A stretch of 64,000 nt of DNA from the NCBI GenBank assembly GCA_032718475.1, contig JAUCBJ010009044.1, forward strand, positions 23,237 to 87,236, given 5' to 3'. The notes below the pieces were generated by a model. That model saw only the letters and a list, made by a program, of their open reading frames with translations, was not told where the DNA came from and searched no databases. This DNA comes from Nemertoderma westbladi. Taxonomy: Eukaryota > Animalia > Xenacoelomorpha. The position numbers and the translations under genes were made by a program. Positions 50,168 through 62,944 of the stretch are shown here, piece after piece. Every line of letters starts with the position of its first letter. The stretch's first letter is position 1.

Positions 50168-51029
50168 TGTAAAGGCTTTTGCGGAATTAGCTGGTTATTT
50201 TCCCCGCAAAGTACTCTGTAGTTGTTTTAACGGACATAAAAAGCCGTTTCCTTACTGTACCGGTGTTTTAGTGGACATAAAAAGCCATTTCTTCTGTATG
50301 TGTACTTTAGCGGACATAACTAGCGATTTTATGTCGCAATAAGCCAAATGCTCTAAACATTGGAACTCAAATGACGACATCTACCATCAGCTGTGTCCAC
50401 GTGTAACTTTTTCTTTGTTCGTTCTTTGTTCGGTCGACCAATCAGAGCGGTTTTGACTCTGTGTTGGAGATTGTATACAGAAACTCATGCAATTCAGTCA
50501 GTGTGTGTATCTTTCTAAGCCCAGAACACCGGCTTCGGATTCTTCTGTACTTCTGTGGAAGTTTCAGACTTTAGCCAAACATTAGTAGGCTTTGGTCATA
50601 GAAACGTATAACTGTTATCGCACCACATATCCTAATCCTATCAATGCAAATCATATTGTCAACTACAAACACCGCATTTTTACTGCTATTTACTGTCGGT
50701 TATTAATTATATCAGTTGATGGAATATTGTTATATTTGGATAATATCGATAAATAATCATAAAACCCCCAATCTTCTTGATATACTGAAGGTAAGAGACC
50801 GGTTACATATAACAATTGCGACTTACATTAAAGTGGTTTTGGAGTGAATCTAATGCTATTTCATAGGCACTACATGTGTCGGTTGCTGTTCTCTTTATAT
50901 GTGACTAAAATTAGTGAAGGTCGGCAGATCGGGTGTATCAAATACTCGTCATAGGCTAAAGTCGATTTATAATCTAGAAGACATCTAAATTTGGCAGGTT
51001 AAACTGCTAAAGGTCTAAAAGCGCGAACA
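50168..51029 (+). repeat. 3' LTR (possibly truncated)
   Basis: Copy of 31344-32529 lacking ~320 bp, preceded by the purine-rich GGGAGCGG putative PPT. Confidence 0.87.
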
Positions 51030-51777
51030 GACCCCTTGGAAGAGTAAACTGCTCTTTGGGGCCGTTTCCCAGGTTGCGGGTAAGGATAACATTTCACACA
51101 TCGCAGTAATTGTGATTGTGATTTGTCTGCTTAGGCGACTGCGTATTATATTTATTTAGATAAATAAAATAAATGGGTAAAACAAACACACAGCTCTTAC
51201 ACCCCCCAAACTAACAAAAAACATAGGATCAGGACATTAAGCCCAAAGGTAGTACTCAGTCCTAAGGCGATCAAAAAACGACACAAACAAGAAAAACAAA
51301 AACGACATAAACAAATATATTAAAACATGCTCAACATACAGTTATGTATCGCACCCTAACCCTAACCTAACCGTCATACACTAAATGATACCGGTAGTAT
51401 AGTGCACAAAAGCTAAGCCTATATTCTATAGAAAAATATATGACATTTTGTCGCCGTAAAGGAGTAGAACTCGGGCAAAAATAATTAATTTTATCAAAAA
51501 TATGGTTGCCTGAGACACAGTACGCGGTAATCTGGACACCTCCTCAGCTGGACGAAGGATTACCCAAAGCCTATCTATATTGCACCAATGACCTAAAAAA
51601 TCGCACCATGAACTCTGTTACTGTACCACCTATCCCAGACAGACATCAGACCACAGAACATTGGAACCCTGTACAGTAAGTAAATCAGTGATACCAATGG
51701 AAAAACTGGTAGGTTGCTGGGGCAAACACACACAGTATAAAAAATATATTAGATTTTACAATTTGCAGTAACTATAA

Positions 51778-52168
51778 ATACTAACTAACTATAAATATAT
51801 TTATGCGCACCAACTAAAGTAGACTAACTATAAATATATGTATACACACCAACTAAAGTAGACTAACTATAAATATATATATACGCACCAACTAAAGTAG
51901 ACTAACTATAAATATATGTATACGCACCAACTAAAGTAGACTAACTATAAACATATGTATACGCACCAACTAAAGTAGACTAACTATAAATATATATATA
52001 CGCACCAACTAAAGTAGACTAACTATAAATATATATATACGCACCAACTAAAGTAGACTAACTATAAATATATATATACGCACCAACTAAAGTAGACTAA
52101 CTATAAATATATATATACGCACCAACTAAAGTAGACTAACTATAAATATATGTATACGCACCAACTAA
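51778..52168. repeat. 37-39-bp AT-rich tandem repeat, ~10 copies
   Basis: Unit AACTAAAGTAGACTAACTATAAATATATATATACGCACC. Confidence 0.92.
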
Positions 52169-52179
52169 CGCACAACGCA

Positions 52180-53006
52180 CAACGCACAGCAGCTCGGTTC
52201 ATTCCTGCGAGTATCTTTCCGTGCAGTGTTTGGTGGTGCAGCACCATGAGAAGATGGAAATTTGGCACTACAGCGCTCAGCATCTGCTACTAAAGCGTCA
52301 AACTCTTTGCGTTCCCACATCTGGATTCGACGCAGTAAAGTCGTCTCACATCTGGGCTTTTGGAAACATTCGGGTCACGCTGAAAAATAGTGACAATGAA
52401 GCAGAGGCAACGCTCCGAGGGAAGTGAACCGTTGGCAAGGCCACCCACCTCGGTAGTTAGGATGTCCACGATCTTGCGCCCAACTTTACCGTCTGGGACC
52501 ACGTAATGACGGCCATGCAGACGGGTGAGGCGTTCACGGCGGGATTCCCAGGCTTGGTCAGTCGATGAACCAGGGATGTTCAAAAACTCACCACCGAATG
52601 CCTGTTCAAGTAACTCAGGGGCCGAGGTGTTTCTGACCTGGCCAACTGAAGGACGAGGCGTGCTTGCCCCCAATGCAACTGGAGGTGAGCAAAGGCGAAA
52701 GGTCTGATAGAGGGTGGAATCACCACTGGTATCCCCATCGCTGCTCCCACTAGACGATTCGGCCTCCAAACTCTCGTCGGGATCGTAGTCAGGGCTGATT
52801 ATGGGCGAGATTTGAAGAGGACCCTGGGCCTGGTGTGTAGTACATGGGTGCGAATCTGGTGGATCGATGTTGTGGGGGTTCCTGCAACCTGACGTTGCCA
52901 GGGCGGGACAACTTGTGCAACCTTTCCCGGCCCGGGTGCAGCCACACCGACTGGTCGCACATACCCTTATAAAGCAGGAGCAGCATTTATTTAAATATCT
53001 GTCCAT
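52180..53006 (-). mobile_element. N-terminal fragment of a CRE-like (RLE-type) non-LTR retrotransposon ORF, frameshifted and truncated
   Basis: Cys-rich start CCSC...CGC...CTSC...CRNP, then W...YVVPDGKVGRK...SER...IFQRD...DVRR; after frameshifts RRIQMWERKEFDALV and ILAG..RAAVR, resembling the pre-RT region of CRE-like elements as recalled. Confidence 0.55.
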
Positions 53007-53958
53007 TTATTCGATTAACTTAGCAATATTAAATAAGCAGTTGGTGGTGCAGTAGAGTTTGTGGTAGAACAGTTTTTATCTTTATACTAGATGTTAGCTA
53101 TTTGTTTATAAAAAAAAATCAAATTTATAAAATTACAATCTCACTCATTTACCAACTCTTAAAATCAAATTAATTAATTTGAAATTTATTATATATATTA
53201 TATTATATTATACTGTATATTGGAAATTTATTATATAAGTTGGTTGGCAACAGCAGCGGTAATCCTATCCAATATATTGCGTAACTATTCATACTTAAAC
53301 AAAATGTTCCAGAACATCGTGTATTTATTAAATAGAATAAATGGCATCTAGCGAACGATACTTCTTGCAATCTTTGAACGCCTATATCTCAGCTGTTTCT
53401 CAACGAAATTCAGATATTGTTACATATTTCGAATCCTTGCAAGGCAAGCTTTTTAATGATATGAAAAAATTACGACTATTGTGAAGAATGTCCACGATAC
53501 GGAGGGTGCGATTTCGCAAAAGACACTTTTTTTAAACTCTTATAAAAAAATTTTGAAGGCAAAATCGAAAATTCCGGCTTCATGGGGTCGTCGACGGTGA
53601 GTGGAACTAGTTGATTTTCAAATTTCAAGCAATATGATAAAGATTTGTAGAAAAATCTGGGGGAGGGGGGGGGGGGGGGGGGGGTGGTCCGTGTCATCAG
53701 AAAATTACACTATATTACGGGACATGGTGTGTTTACTTTATGTTTACTTTTAGATCTTTGTTCTTACAATATGATTTTAGATTATCCAGAGCGTGTTGTA
53801 CAGATGAGATGGAGTTTCCACATATTATCAGATCGTCCGCATACATATTGGCCAAACAGCCTGCCGCTATTATAATGAGTGGCAGGTCCGCCACATATAG
53901 AATAAATAGGAGCCGTGAAAGTCTATCATCACCTTATAACGCCGATTGTTTGGGTTAT

Positions 53959-54617
53959 CGGTTCTAGAACGTACGAGCCAAGACAGACACAGACGTAAAT
54001 GACCGCGGTTCTAGAACGTACGAGCCAAGACAGACAAAGACGCAAATGACCGCGGTTCTAGAACGTACGAGCCAAGACAGACACAGACGTAAATGACCGC
54101 GGTTCTAGAACGTACGAGCCAAGACAGACAAAGACGTAAATGACCGCGGTTCTAGAACGTACGAGCCAAGACAGACAAAGACGTAAATGACCGCGGTTCT
54201 AGAACGTACGAGCCAAGACAGACAAAGACGTAAATGACCGCGGTTCTAGAACGTACGAGCCAAGACAGACAAAGACGTAAATGACCGCGGTTCTAGAACG
54301 TACGAGCCAAGACAGACAAAGACGTAAATGACCGCGGTTCTAGAACGTACGAGCCAAGACAGACAAAGACGTAAATGACCGCGGTTCTAGAACGTACGAG
54401 CCAAGACAGACAAAGACGTAAATGACCGCGGTTCTAGAACGTACAAGCCAAGACAGACAAAGACGTAAATGACCGCGGTTCTAGAACGTACGAGCCAAGA
54501 CAGACACAGACGTTAATGACCGCGGTTCTAGAACATACGAGCCAAGACAGACACAGACGTAAATGACCGCGGTTCTAGAACGTACGAGCCAAGACAGACA
54601 CAGACGTAAATGACCGC
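53959..54617. repeat. 47-bp tandem repeat, ~14 copies, inside the LINE RT region
   Basis: Unit CGGTTCTAGAACGTACGAGCCAAGACAGACAAAGACGTAAATGACCG. Confidence 0.95.
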
Positions 54618-55713
54618 TAGGCCCATATACTTGCTAAGAATTTCTTACTAATTCCAAGCCCCGATAATTTCCAGCACAGCTTTGTTCTATTTATAGATTC
54701 AAAACATTTCTGGAAGTGAATAAAGACGCAATACAAGTGACCCCTAGATGGCTGAATTGAATCTCTTATTCAGTTATAAATGTGTAAATAAATTTATAAA
54801 TTTATCTCCTTTGCCTTTATATAAAGGGATGAGATAAGATGTGAGCCACACAACTGGGCATTTGCTTGAAGAGAAACACATAGAGAAAAATGCCGATAAG
54901 AATGGTAATAAATGGCCGATCCGATTTCAGGATGTTGTTTGTGATTCCAACATTTGTTTGGTTTGTTGTTGTTTATCGCAATCGCGACTTCCGTGGCACT
55001 TATTGGGGAGTTCAGAGTCGGGTCGTAATTGTTTTCTGGCACATCCGGCATGGTTGGAGCTGGTCCTGCTGTCACTAGTTTTGAGAAGTGGCTGGCCCAT
55101 TTATCTTCTGTGATTTGGTTGGCTGTTGATTTAGATGTGTTTTTACTCTTTAGAATGTTCCAGAACTTGTCGTTTTCACATTCCTCGACAAGATTGTGTT
55201 GTTTGTTAGCCTGAAAGATTATCTTCTTGTCTAAAATTAGTTGTTTATAGTTCCGTTGACTGTTTCTGAATTGTTCACGGGATAGATCATTTGGGTTAGC
55301 TTTCATTAAATGCTGCCTTCGTTTCTTTGTGAGCACGGTGACAATTGGAGTCGAATCAGGGTTTAGGATTCCTGGTTGTTGGTGTGATGGCAGCGTTTGA
55401 GACTGCAGAATTCAGATTTGATCATGCTAGATCAATATCTTATTCATCCCGTTTCACGAATTCGTCTGGGTCTAGGAGTTGTTCTAGCTTTGTTGTATCG
55501 ATCTGTCGGGTGGGTTGAGTTCTCTGTTTCCTGTTGTTTATGCTATTTTGGAGTGTTAGATTAACAGACACCCGTTGGTGTTTAGTGTTCATAGTTTGGA
55601 TAACATCAATGGATATGTCATCCGCCGTGCTGTAATCTGTATAAACCGCATCGATGCTACTATAGATCCAATCTAGCAATGGTAAGTTGGAATATCCGGA
55701 TCATTTAGGCAAT

Positions 55714-58700
55714 GCAGCCCGAAACCATAAAGGCCCGTACTGAGTAGCTCGCCACGGCAGTCCGAAACCATAAAGGCCCGCACTGAGTAGCTCGCCACGG
55801 CAGTCCGAAACCATAAAGGCCCGCACTGAGTAGCTCGCCACGGCAGTCCGAAACCATAAAGGCCCGCACTGAGTAGCTCGCCACGGCAGCCCGAAACCAT
55901 AAAGGCCCGCACTGAGTAGCTCGCCACGGCAGCCCGAAACCATAAAGGCCCGCACTGAGTAGCTCGCCACGGCAGCCCGAAACCATAAAGGCCCGCACTG
56001 AGTAGCTCGCCACGGCAGTCCGAAACCATAAAGGCCGGCACTGAGTAGCTCGCCACGGCAGTCCGAAACCATAAAGGCCCGCACTGAGTAGCTCGCCACG
56101 GCAGCCCGAAACCATAAAGGCCCGCACTGAGTAGCTCGCCACGGCAGTCCGAAACCATAAAGGCCGCACTGAGTAGCTCGCCACGGCAGTCCGAAACCAT
56201 AAAGGCCCGCACTGAGTAGCTCGCCACGGCAGTCCGAAACCATAAAGGCCCGCACTGAGTAGCTCGCCACGGCAGCCCGAAACCATAAAGGCCCGCACTG
56301 AGTAGCTCGCCACGGCAGCCCGAAACCATAAAGGCCCGCACTGAGTAGCTCGCCACGGCAGCCCGAAACCATAAAGGCCCGCACTGAGTAGCTCGCCACG
56401 GCAGCCCGAAACCATAAAGGCCCGCACTGAGTAGCTCGCCACGGCAGCCCGAAACCATAAAGGCCCGCACTGAGTAGCTCGCCACGGCAGCCCGAAACCA
56501 TAAAGGCCCGCACTGAGTAGCTCGCCACGGCAGCCCGAAACCATAAAGGCCCGCACTGAGTAGCTCGCCACGGCAGCCCGAAACCATAAAGGCCCGCACT
56601 GAGTAGCTCGCCACGGCAGCCCGAAACCATAAAGGCCCGCACTGAGTAGCTCGCCACGGCAACCCGAAACCATAAAGGCCCGCACTGAGTAGCTCGCCAC
56701 GGCAGTCCGAAACCATAAAGGCCCGCACTGAGTAGCTCGCCACGGCAGTCCGAAACCATAAAGGCCCGCACTGAGTAGCTCGCCACGGCAACCCGAAACC
56801 ATAAAGGCCCGCACTGAGTAGCTCGCCACGGCAGTCCGAAACCATAAAGGCCCGCACTGAGTAGCTCGCCACGGCAACCCGAAACCATAAAGGCCCGCAC
56901 TGAGTAGCTCGCCACGGCAGCCCGAAACCATAAAGGCCCGCACTGAGTAGCTCGCCACGGCAGCCCGAAACCATAAAGGCCCGCACTGAGTAGCTCGCCA
57001 CGGCAGCCCGAAACCATAAAGGCCCGCACTGAGTAGCTCGCCACGGCAGTCCGAAACCATAAAGGCCCGCACTGAGTAGCTCGCCACGGCAACCCGAAAC
57101 CATAAAGGCCCGCACTGAGTAGCTCGCCACGGCAGTCCGAAACCATAAAGGCCCGCACTGAGTAGCTCGCCACGGCAGCCCGAAACCATAAAGGCCCGCA
57201 CTGAGTAGCTCGCCACGGCAGCCCGAAACCATAAAGGCCCGCACTGAGTAGCTCGCCACGGCAGTCCGAAACCATAAAGGCCCGCACTGAGTAGCTCGCC
57301 ACGGCAACCCGAAACCATAAAGGCCCGCACTGAGTAGCTCGCCACGGCAGCCCGAAACCATAAAGGCCCGCACTGAGTAGCTCGCCACGGCAGTCCGAAA
57401 CCATAAAGGCCCGCACTGAGTAGCTCGCCACGGCAACCCGAAACCATAAAGGCCCGCACTGAGTAGCTCGCCACGGCAGTCCGAAACCATAAAGGCCCGC
57501 ACTGAGTAGCTCGCCACGGCAAGCCCGAAACCATAAAGGCCCGCACTGAGTAGCTCGCCACGGCAGTCCGAAACCATAAAGGCCCGCACTGAGTAGCTCG
57601 CCACGGCAGTCCGAAACCATAAAGGCCCGCACTGAGTAGCTCGCCACGGCAGCCCGAAACCATAAAGGCCCGCACTGAGTAGCTCGCCACGGCAGTCCGA
57701 AACCATAAAGGCCCGCACTGAGTAGCTCGCCACGGCAGCCCGAAACCATAAAGGCCCGCACTGAGTAGCTCGCCACGGCAGCCCGAAACCATAAAGGCCC
57801 GCACTGAGTAGCTCGCCACGGCAGCCCGAAACCATAAAGGCCCGCACTGAGTAGCTCGCCACGGCAGCCCGAAACCATAAAGGCCCGCACTGAGTAGCTC
57901 GCCACGGCAGCCCGAAACCATAAAGGCCCGCACTGAGTAGCTCGCCACGGCAGCCCGAAACCATAAAGGCCCGCACTGAGTAGCTCGCCACGGCAGTCCG
58001 AAACCATAAAGGCCCGCACTGAGTAGCTCGCCACGGCAGCCCGAAACCATAAAGGCCCGCACTGAGTAGCTCGCCACGGCAGCCCGAAACCATAAAGGCC
58101 CGCACTGAGTAGCTCGCCACGGCAGCCCGAAACCATAAAGGCCCGCACTGAGTAGCTCGCCACGGCAGCCCGAAACCATAAAGGCCCGCACTGAGTAGCT
58201 CGCCACGGCAGCCCGAAACCATAAAGGCCCGCACTGAGTAGCTCGCCACGGCAGCCCGAAACCATAAAGGCCCGCACTGAGTAGCTCGCCACGGCAGCCC
58301 GAAACCATAAAGGCCCGCACTGAGTAGCTCGCCACGGCAGCCCGAAACCATAAAGGCCCGCACTGAGTAGCTCGCCACGGCAGCCCGAAACCATAAAGGC
58401 CCGCACTGAGTAGCTCGCCACGGCAGCCCGAAACCATAAAGGCCCGCACTGAGTAGCTCGCCACGGCAGCCCGAAACCATAAAGGCCCGCACTGAGTAGC
58501 TCGCCACGGCAGCCCGAAACCATAAAGGCCCGCACTGAGTAGCTCGCCACGGCAGCCCGAAACCATAAAGGCCCGCACTGAGTAGCTCGCCACGGCAGCC
58601 CGAAACCATAAAGGCCCGCACTGAGTAGCTCGCCACGGCAGCCCGAAACCATAAAGGCCCGCACTGAGTAGCTCGCCACGGCAGCCCGAAACCATAAAGG

Positions 58701-61700
58701 CCCGCACTGAGTAGCTCGCCACGGCAGCCCGAAACCATAAAGGCCCGCACTGAGTAGCTCGCCACGGCAGCTCCGAAACCATAAAGGCCCGCACTGAGTA
58801 GCTCGCCACGGCAGCCCGAAACCATAAAGGCCCGCACTGAGTAGCTCGCCACGGCAGCCCGAAACCATAAAGGCCCGCACTGAGTAGCTCGCCACGGCAG
58901 CCCGAAACCATAAAGGCCCGCACTGAGTAGCTCGCCACGGCAGCCCGAAACCATAAAGGCCCGCACTGAGTAGCTCGCCACGGCAGCCCGAAACCATAAA
59001 GGCCCGCACTGAGTAGCTCGCCACGGCAGCCCGAAACCATAAAGGCCCGCACTGAGTAGCTCGCCACGGCAGCCCGAAACCATAAAGGCCCGCACTGAGT
59101 AGCTCGCCACGGCAGCCCGAAACCATAAAGGCCCGCACTGAGTAGCTCGCCACGGCAGCCCGAAACCATAAAGGCCCGCACTGAGTAGCTCGCCACGGCA
59201 GCCCGAAACCATAAAGGCCCGCACTGAGTAGCTCGCCACGGCAGCCCGAAACCATAAAGGCCCGCACTGAGTAGCTCGCCACGGCAGCCCGAAACCATAA
59301 AGGCCCGCACTGAGTAGCTCGCCACGGCAGCCCGAAACCATAAAGGCCCGCACTGAGTAGCTCGCCACGGCAGCCCGAAACCATAAAGGCCCGCACTGAG
59401 TAGCTCGCCACGGCAGCCCGAAACCATAAAGGCCCGCACTGAGTAGCTCGCCACGGCAGCCCGAAACCATAAAGGCCCGCACTGAGTAGCTCGCCACGGC
59501 AGCCCGAAACCATAAAGGCCCGCACTGAGTAGCTCGCCACGGCAGCCCGAAACCATAAAGGCCCGCACTGAGTAGCTCGCCACGGCAGCCCGAAACCATA
59601 AAGGCCCGCACTGAGTAGCTCGCCACGGCAGCCCGAAACCATAAAGGCCCGCACTGAGTAGCTCGCCACGGCAGCCCGAAACCATAAAGGCCCGCACTGA
59701 GTAGCTCGCCACGGCAGCCCGAAACCATAAAGGCCCGCACTGAGTAGCTCGCCACGGCAGCCCGAAACCATAAAGGCCCGCACTGAGTAGCTCGCCACGG
59801 CAGCCCGAAACCATAAAGGCCCGCACTGAGTAGCTCGCCACGGCAGCCCGAAACCATAAAGGCCCGCACTGAGTAGCTCGCCACGGCAGTCCGAAACCAT
59901 AAAGGCCCGCACTGAGTAGCTCGCCACGGCAGCCCGAAACCATAAAGGCCCGCACTGAGTAGCTCGCCACGGCAGTCCGAAACCATAAAGGCCCGCACTG
60001 AGTAGCTCGCCACGGCAGTCCGAAACCATAAAGGCCCGCACTGAGTAGCTCGCCACGGCAGTCCGAAACCATAAAGGCCCGCACTGAGTAGCTCGCCACG
60101 GCAGCCCGAAACCATAAAGGCCCGCACTGAGTAGCTCGCCACGGCAGCCCGAAACCATAAAGGCCCGCACTGAGTAGCTCGCCACGGCAGCCCGAAACCA
60201 TAAAGGCCGGCACTGAGTAGCTCGCCACGGCAGCCCGAAACCATAAAGGCCCGCACTGAGTAGCTCGCCACGGCAGCCCGAAACCATAAAGGCCCGCACT
60301 GAGTAGCTCGCCACGGCAGTCCGAAACCATAAAGGCCCGCACTGAGTAGCTCGCCACGGCAGTCCGAAACCATAAAGGCCCGCACTGAGTAGCTCGCCAC
60401 GGCAGCCCGAAACCATAAAGGCCCGCACTGAGTAGCTCGCCACGGCAGCCCGAAACCATAAAGGCCCGCACTGAGTAGCTCGCCACGGCAGTCCGAAACC
60501 ATAAAGGCCCGCACTGAGTAGCTCGCCACGGCAGCCCGAAACCATAAAGGCCCGCACTGAGTAGCTCGCCACGGCAGTCCGAAACCATAAAGGCCCGCAC
60601 TGAGTAGCTCGCCACGGCAGCCCGAAACCATAAAGGCCCGCACTGAGTAGCTCGCCACGGCAGTCCGAAACCATAAAGGCCCGCACTGAGTAGCTCGCCA
60701 CGGCAGTCCGAAACCATAAAGGCCCGCACTGAGTAGCTCGCCACGGCAGCCCGAAACCATAAAGGCCCGCACTGAGTAGCTCGCCACGGCAGCCCGAAAC
60801 CATAAAGGCCCGCACTGAGTAGCTCGCCACGGCAGCCCGAAACCATAAAGGCCCGCACTGAGTAGCTCGCCACGGCAGCCCGAAACCATAAAGGCCCGCA
60901 CTGAGTAGCTCGCCACGGCAGCCCGAAACCATAAAGGCCCGCACTGAGTAGCTCGCCACGGCAGCCCGAAACCATAAAGGCCCGCACTGAGTAGCTCGCC
61001 ACGGCAGCCCGAAACCATAAAGGCCCGCACTGAGTAGCTCGCCACGGCAGCCCGAAACCATAAAGGCCCGCACTGAGTAGCTCGCCACGGCAGCCCGAAA
61101 CCATAAAGGCCCGCACTGAGTAGCTCGCCACGGCAGTCCGAAACCATAAAGGCCCGCACTGAGTAGCTCGCCACGGCAGCCCGAAACCATAAAGGCCCGC
61201 ACTGAGTAGCTCGCCACGGCAGTCCGAAACCATAAAGGCCCGCACTGAGTAGCTCGCCACGGCAGTCCGAAACCATAAAGGCCGGCACTGAGTAGCTCGC
61301 CACGGCAGCCCGAAACCATAAAGGCCCGCACTGAGTAGCTCGCCACGGCAGCCCGAAACCATAAAGGCCCGCACTGAGTAGCTCGCCACGGCAGCCCGAA
61401 ACCATAAAGGCCCGCACTGAGTAGCTCGCCACGGCAGTCCGAAACCATAAAGGCCCGCACTGAGTAGCTCGCCACGGCAGCCCGAAACCATAAAGGCCCG
61501 CACTGAGTAGCTCGCCACGGCAGTCCGAAACCATAAAGGCCCGCACTGAGTAGCTCGCCACGGCAGCCCGAAACCATAAAGGCCCGCACTGAGTAGCTCG
61601 CCACGGCAGCCCGAAACCATAAAGGCCCGCACTGAGTAGCTCGCCACGGCAGCCCGAAACCATAAAGGCCCGCACTGAGTAGCTCGCCACGGCAGTCCGA

Positions 61701-62210
61701 AACCATAAAGGCCCGCACTGAGTAGCTCGCCACGGCAGCCCGAAACCATAAAGGCCCGCACTGAGTAGCTCGCCACGGCAGCCCGAAACCATAAAGGCCG
61801 GTACTGAGTAGCTCGCCACGGCAGCCCGAAACCATAAAGGCCCGCACTGAGTAGCTCGCCACGGCAGCCCGAAACCATAAAGGCCCGCACTGAGTCGCTC
61901 GCCACGGCGGTCCGAAACCATAAAGGCCCGCACTGAGTAGCTCGCCACGGCAGCCCGAAACCATAAAGGCCCGCACTGAGTAGCTCGCCACGGCAGCCCG
62001 AAACCATAAAGGCCCGCACTGAGTCGCTCGCCACGGCGGTCCGAAACCATAAAGGCCCGCACTGAGTAGCTCGCCACGGCAGCCCGAAACCATAAAGGCC
62101 GGCACTGAGTAGCTCGCCACGGCAGCCCGAAACCATAAAGGCCCGCACTGAGTAGCTCGCCACGGCAGCCCGAAACCATAAAGGCCCGCACTGAGTAGCT
62201 CGCCACGGCA
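55714..62210. repeat. 43-bp GC-rich tandem repeat, ~150 copies
   Basis: Unit GCAGCCCGAAACCATAAAGGCCCGCACTGAGTAGCTCGCCACG with GCAGTCC and GCAACCC variants. Confidence 0.98.
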
Positions 62211-62711
62211 CGACGGGTGTTATTGTGATCCAGTCTGCAGTTAAGCAGACTCTCTTCTTCACTTTATTAATAAAATAGAAAAATTAAAATTAAAAAATTA
62301 AAATTAATATCCCTTTGAATAACCTGTTTTAAAAAAAGCGCTAAAACAAAAACATTCCGTCACTATTTATTTAGAACCGCCAGCCTTTTAATCAGTTATC
62401 CTCGCTCTCCTTCAAATCAAATGAACGAGGGGTTATTGATACTAGCTAGCTAATCTAATAATAGAACTAAAAGCATCATCTAACCTGGATGGATACCTTG
62501 CCACAGGGCCCGAAGCGGGCTGTGATTGGCCGACTATTTTTAGCCAAAGGAACGAAGAGTATTCGATTTTCTGTATTACTTTAACGGAAGCGGCTTCCTA
62601 TTGGCTATAGTAAGAGGTGTGAGGGAATCCCCAGGTTGTATTAGTAGGATGTATAAAGGTGCTATAATAAGTAAGAAAACGTTATAAATGAATGAATTAA
62701 AGTTTTCAAAA

Positions 62712-62944
62712 TGGTATTCAGGATGGTGGTAATTACATAATGATATTCAGGATGGTGGTAATTACATAATGATATTCAGGATGGTGGTAATTTCATAATG
62801 ATATTCAGGATGGTGGTAATTACATAATGATATTCAGGATGGTGGTAATTACATAATGGTATTCAGGATGGTGGTAATTACATAATGATATTCAGGATGG
62901 TGGTAATTACATAATGATATTCAGGATGGTGGTAATTACATAAT
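62712..62944. repeat. 29-bp tandem repeat, ~8 copies
   Basis: Unit TATTCAGGATGGTGGTAATTACATAATGA. Confidence 0.93.

Larger units (their letters stand above)
31344..51029 (+). mobile_element. Giant BEL/Pao LTR retrotransposon (~19.7 kb) with an extra ORF
   Basis: Long direct repeats starting TGTAAAGGCTTTTGCGG at 31344 and 50168; internal gag(3xCys/His)-PR-RT-RH-IN order and BEL-type motifs; no TSD found. Confidence 0.9.
53727..62252 (-). mobile_element. Degenerate APE-RT LINE ORF2, split by two internally amplified tandem arrays
   Basis: From high to low coordinate: NCRLDHNNTR, RGELL...LHCLNDPDIPTYHC (APE end), FWNILK...LNSPISATEV (tether), CVFIHFQKCFESINRTKLCWKL, LLFILYVADLP...MYADDLII (RT). 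Confidence 0.8.

Noticed and set aside
55714-62210. Possible tandem hammerhead/retrozyme array (CTGAGTAG...CGAAAC in each unit)
   Set aside because: Core reads CUGAGUA rather than CUGANGA, there is no proper stem I or III, and the unit is explained as LINE coding sequence
55673-62262. Three ~2150 aa minus-strand ORFs
   Set aside because: They are translations of the 43-bp array; only one unit's worth is genuine LINE endonuclease sequence
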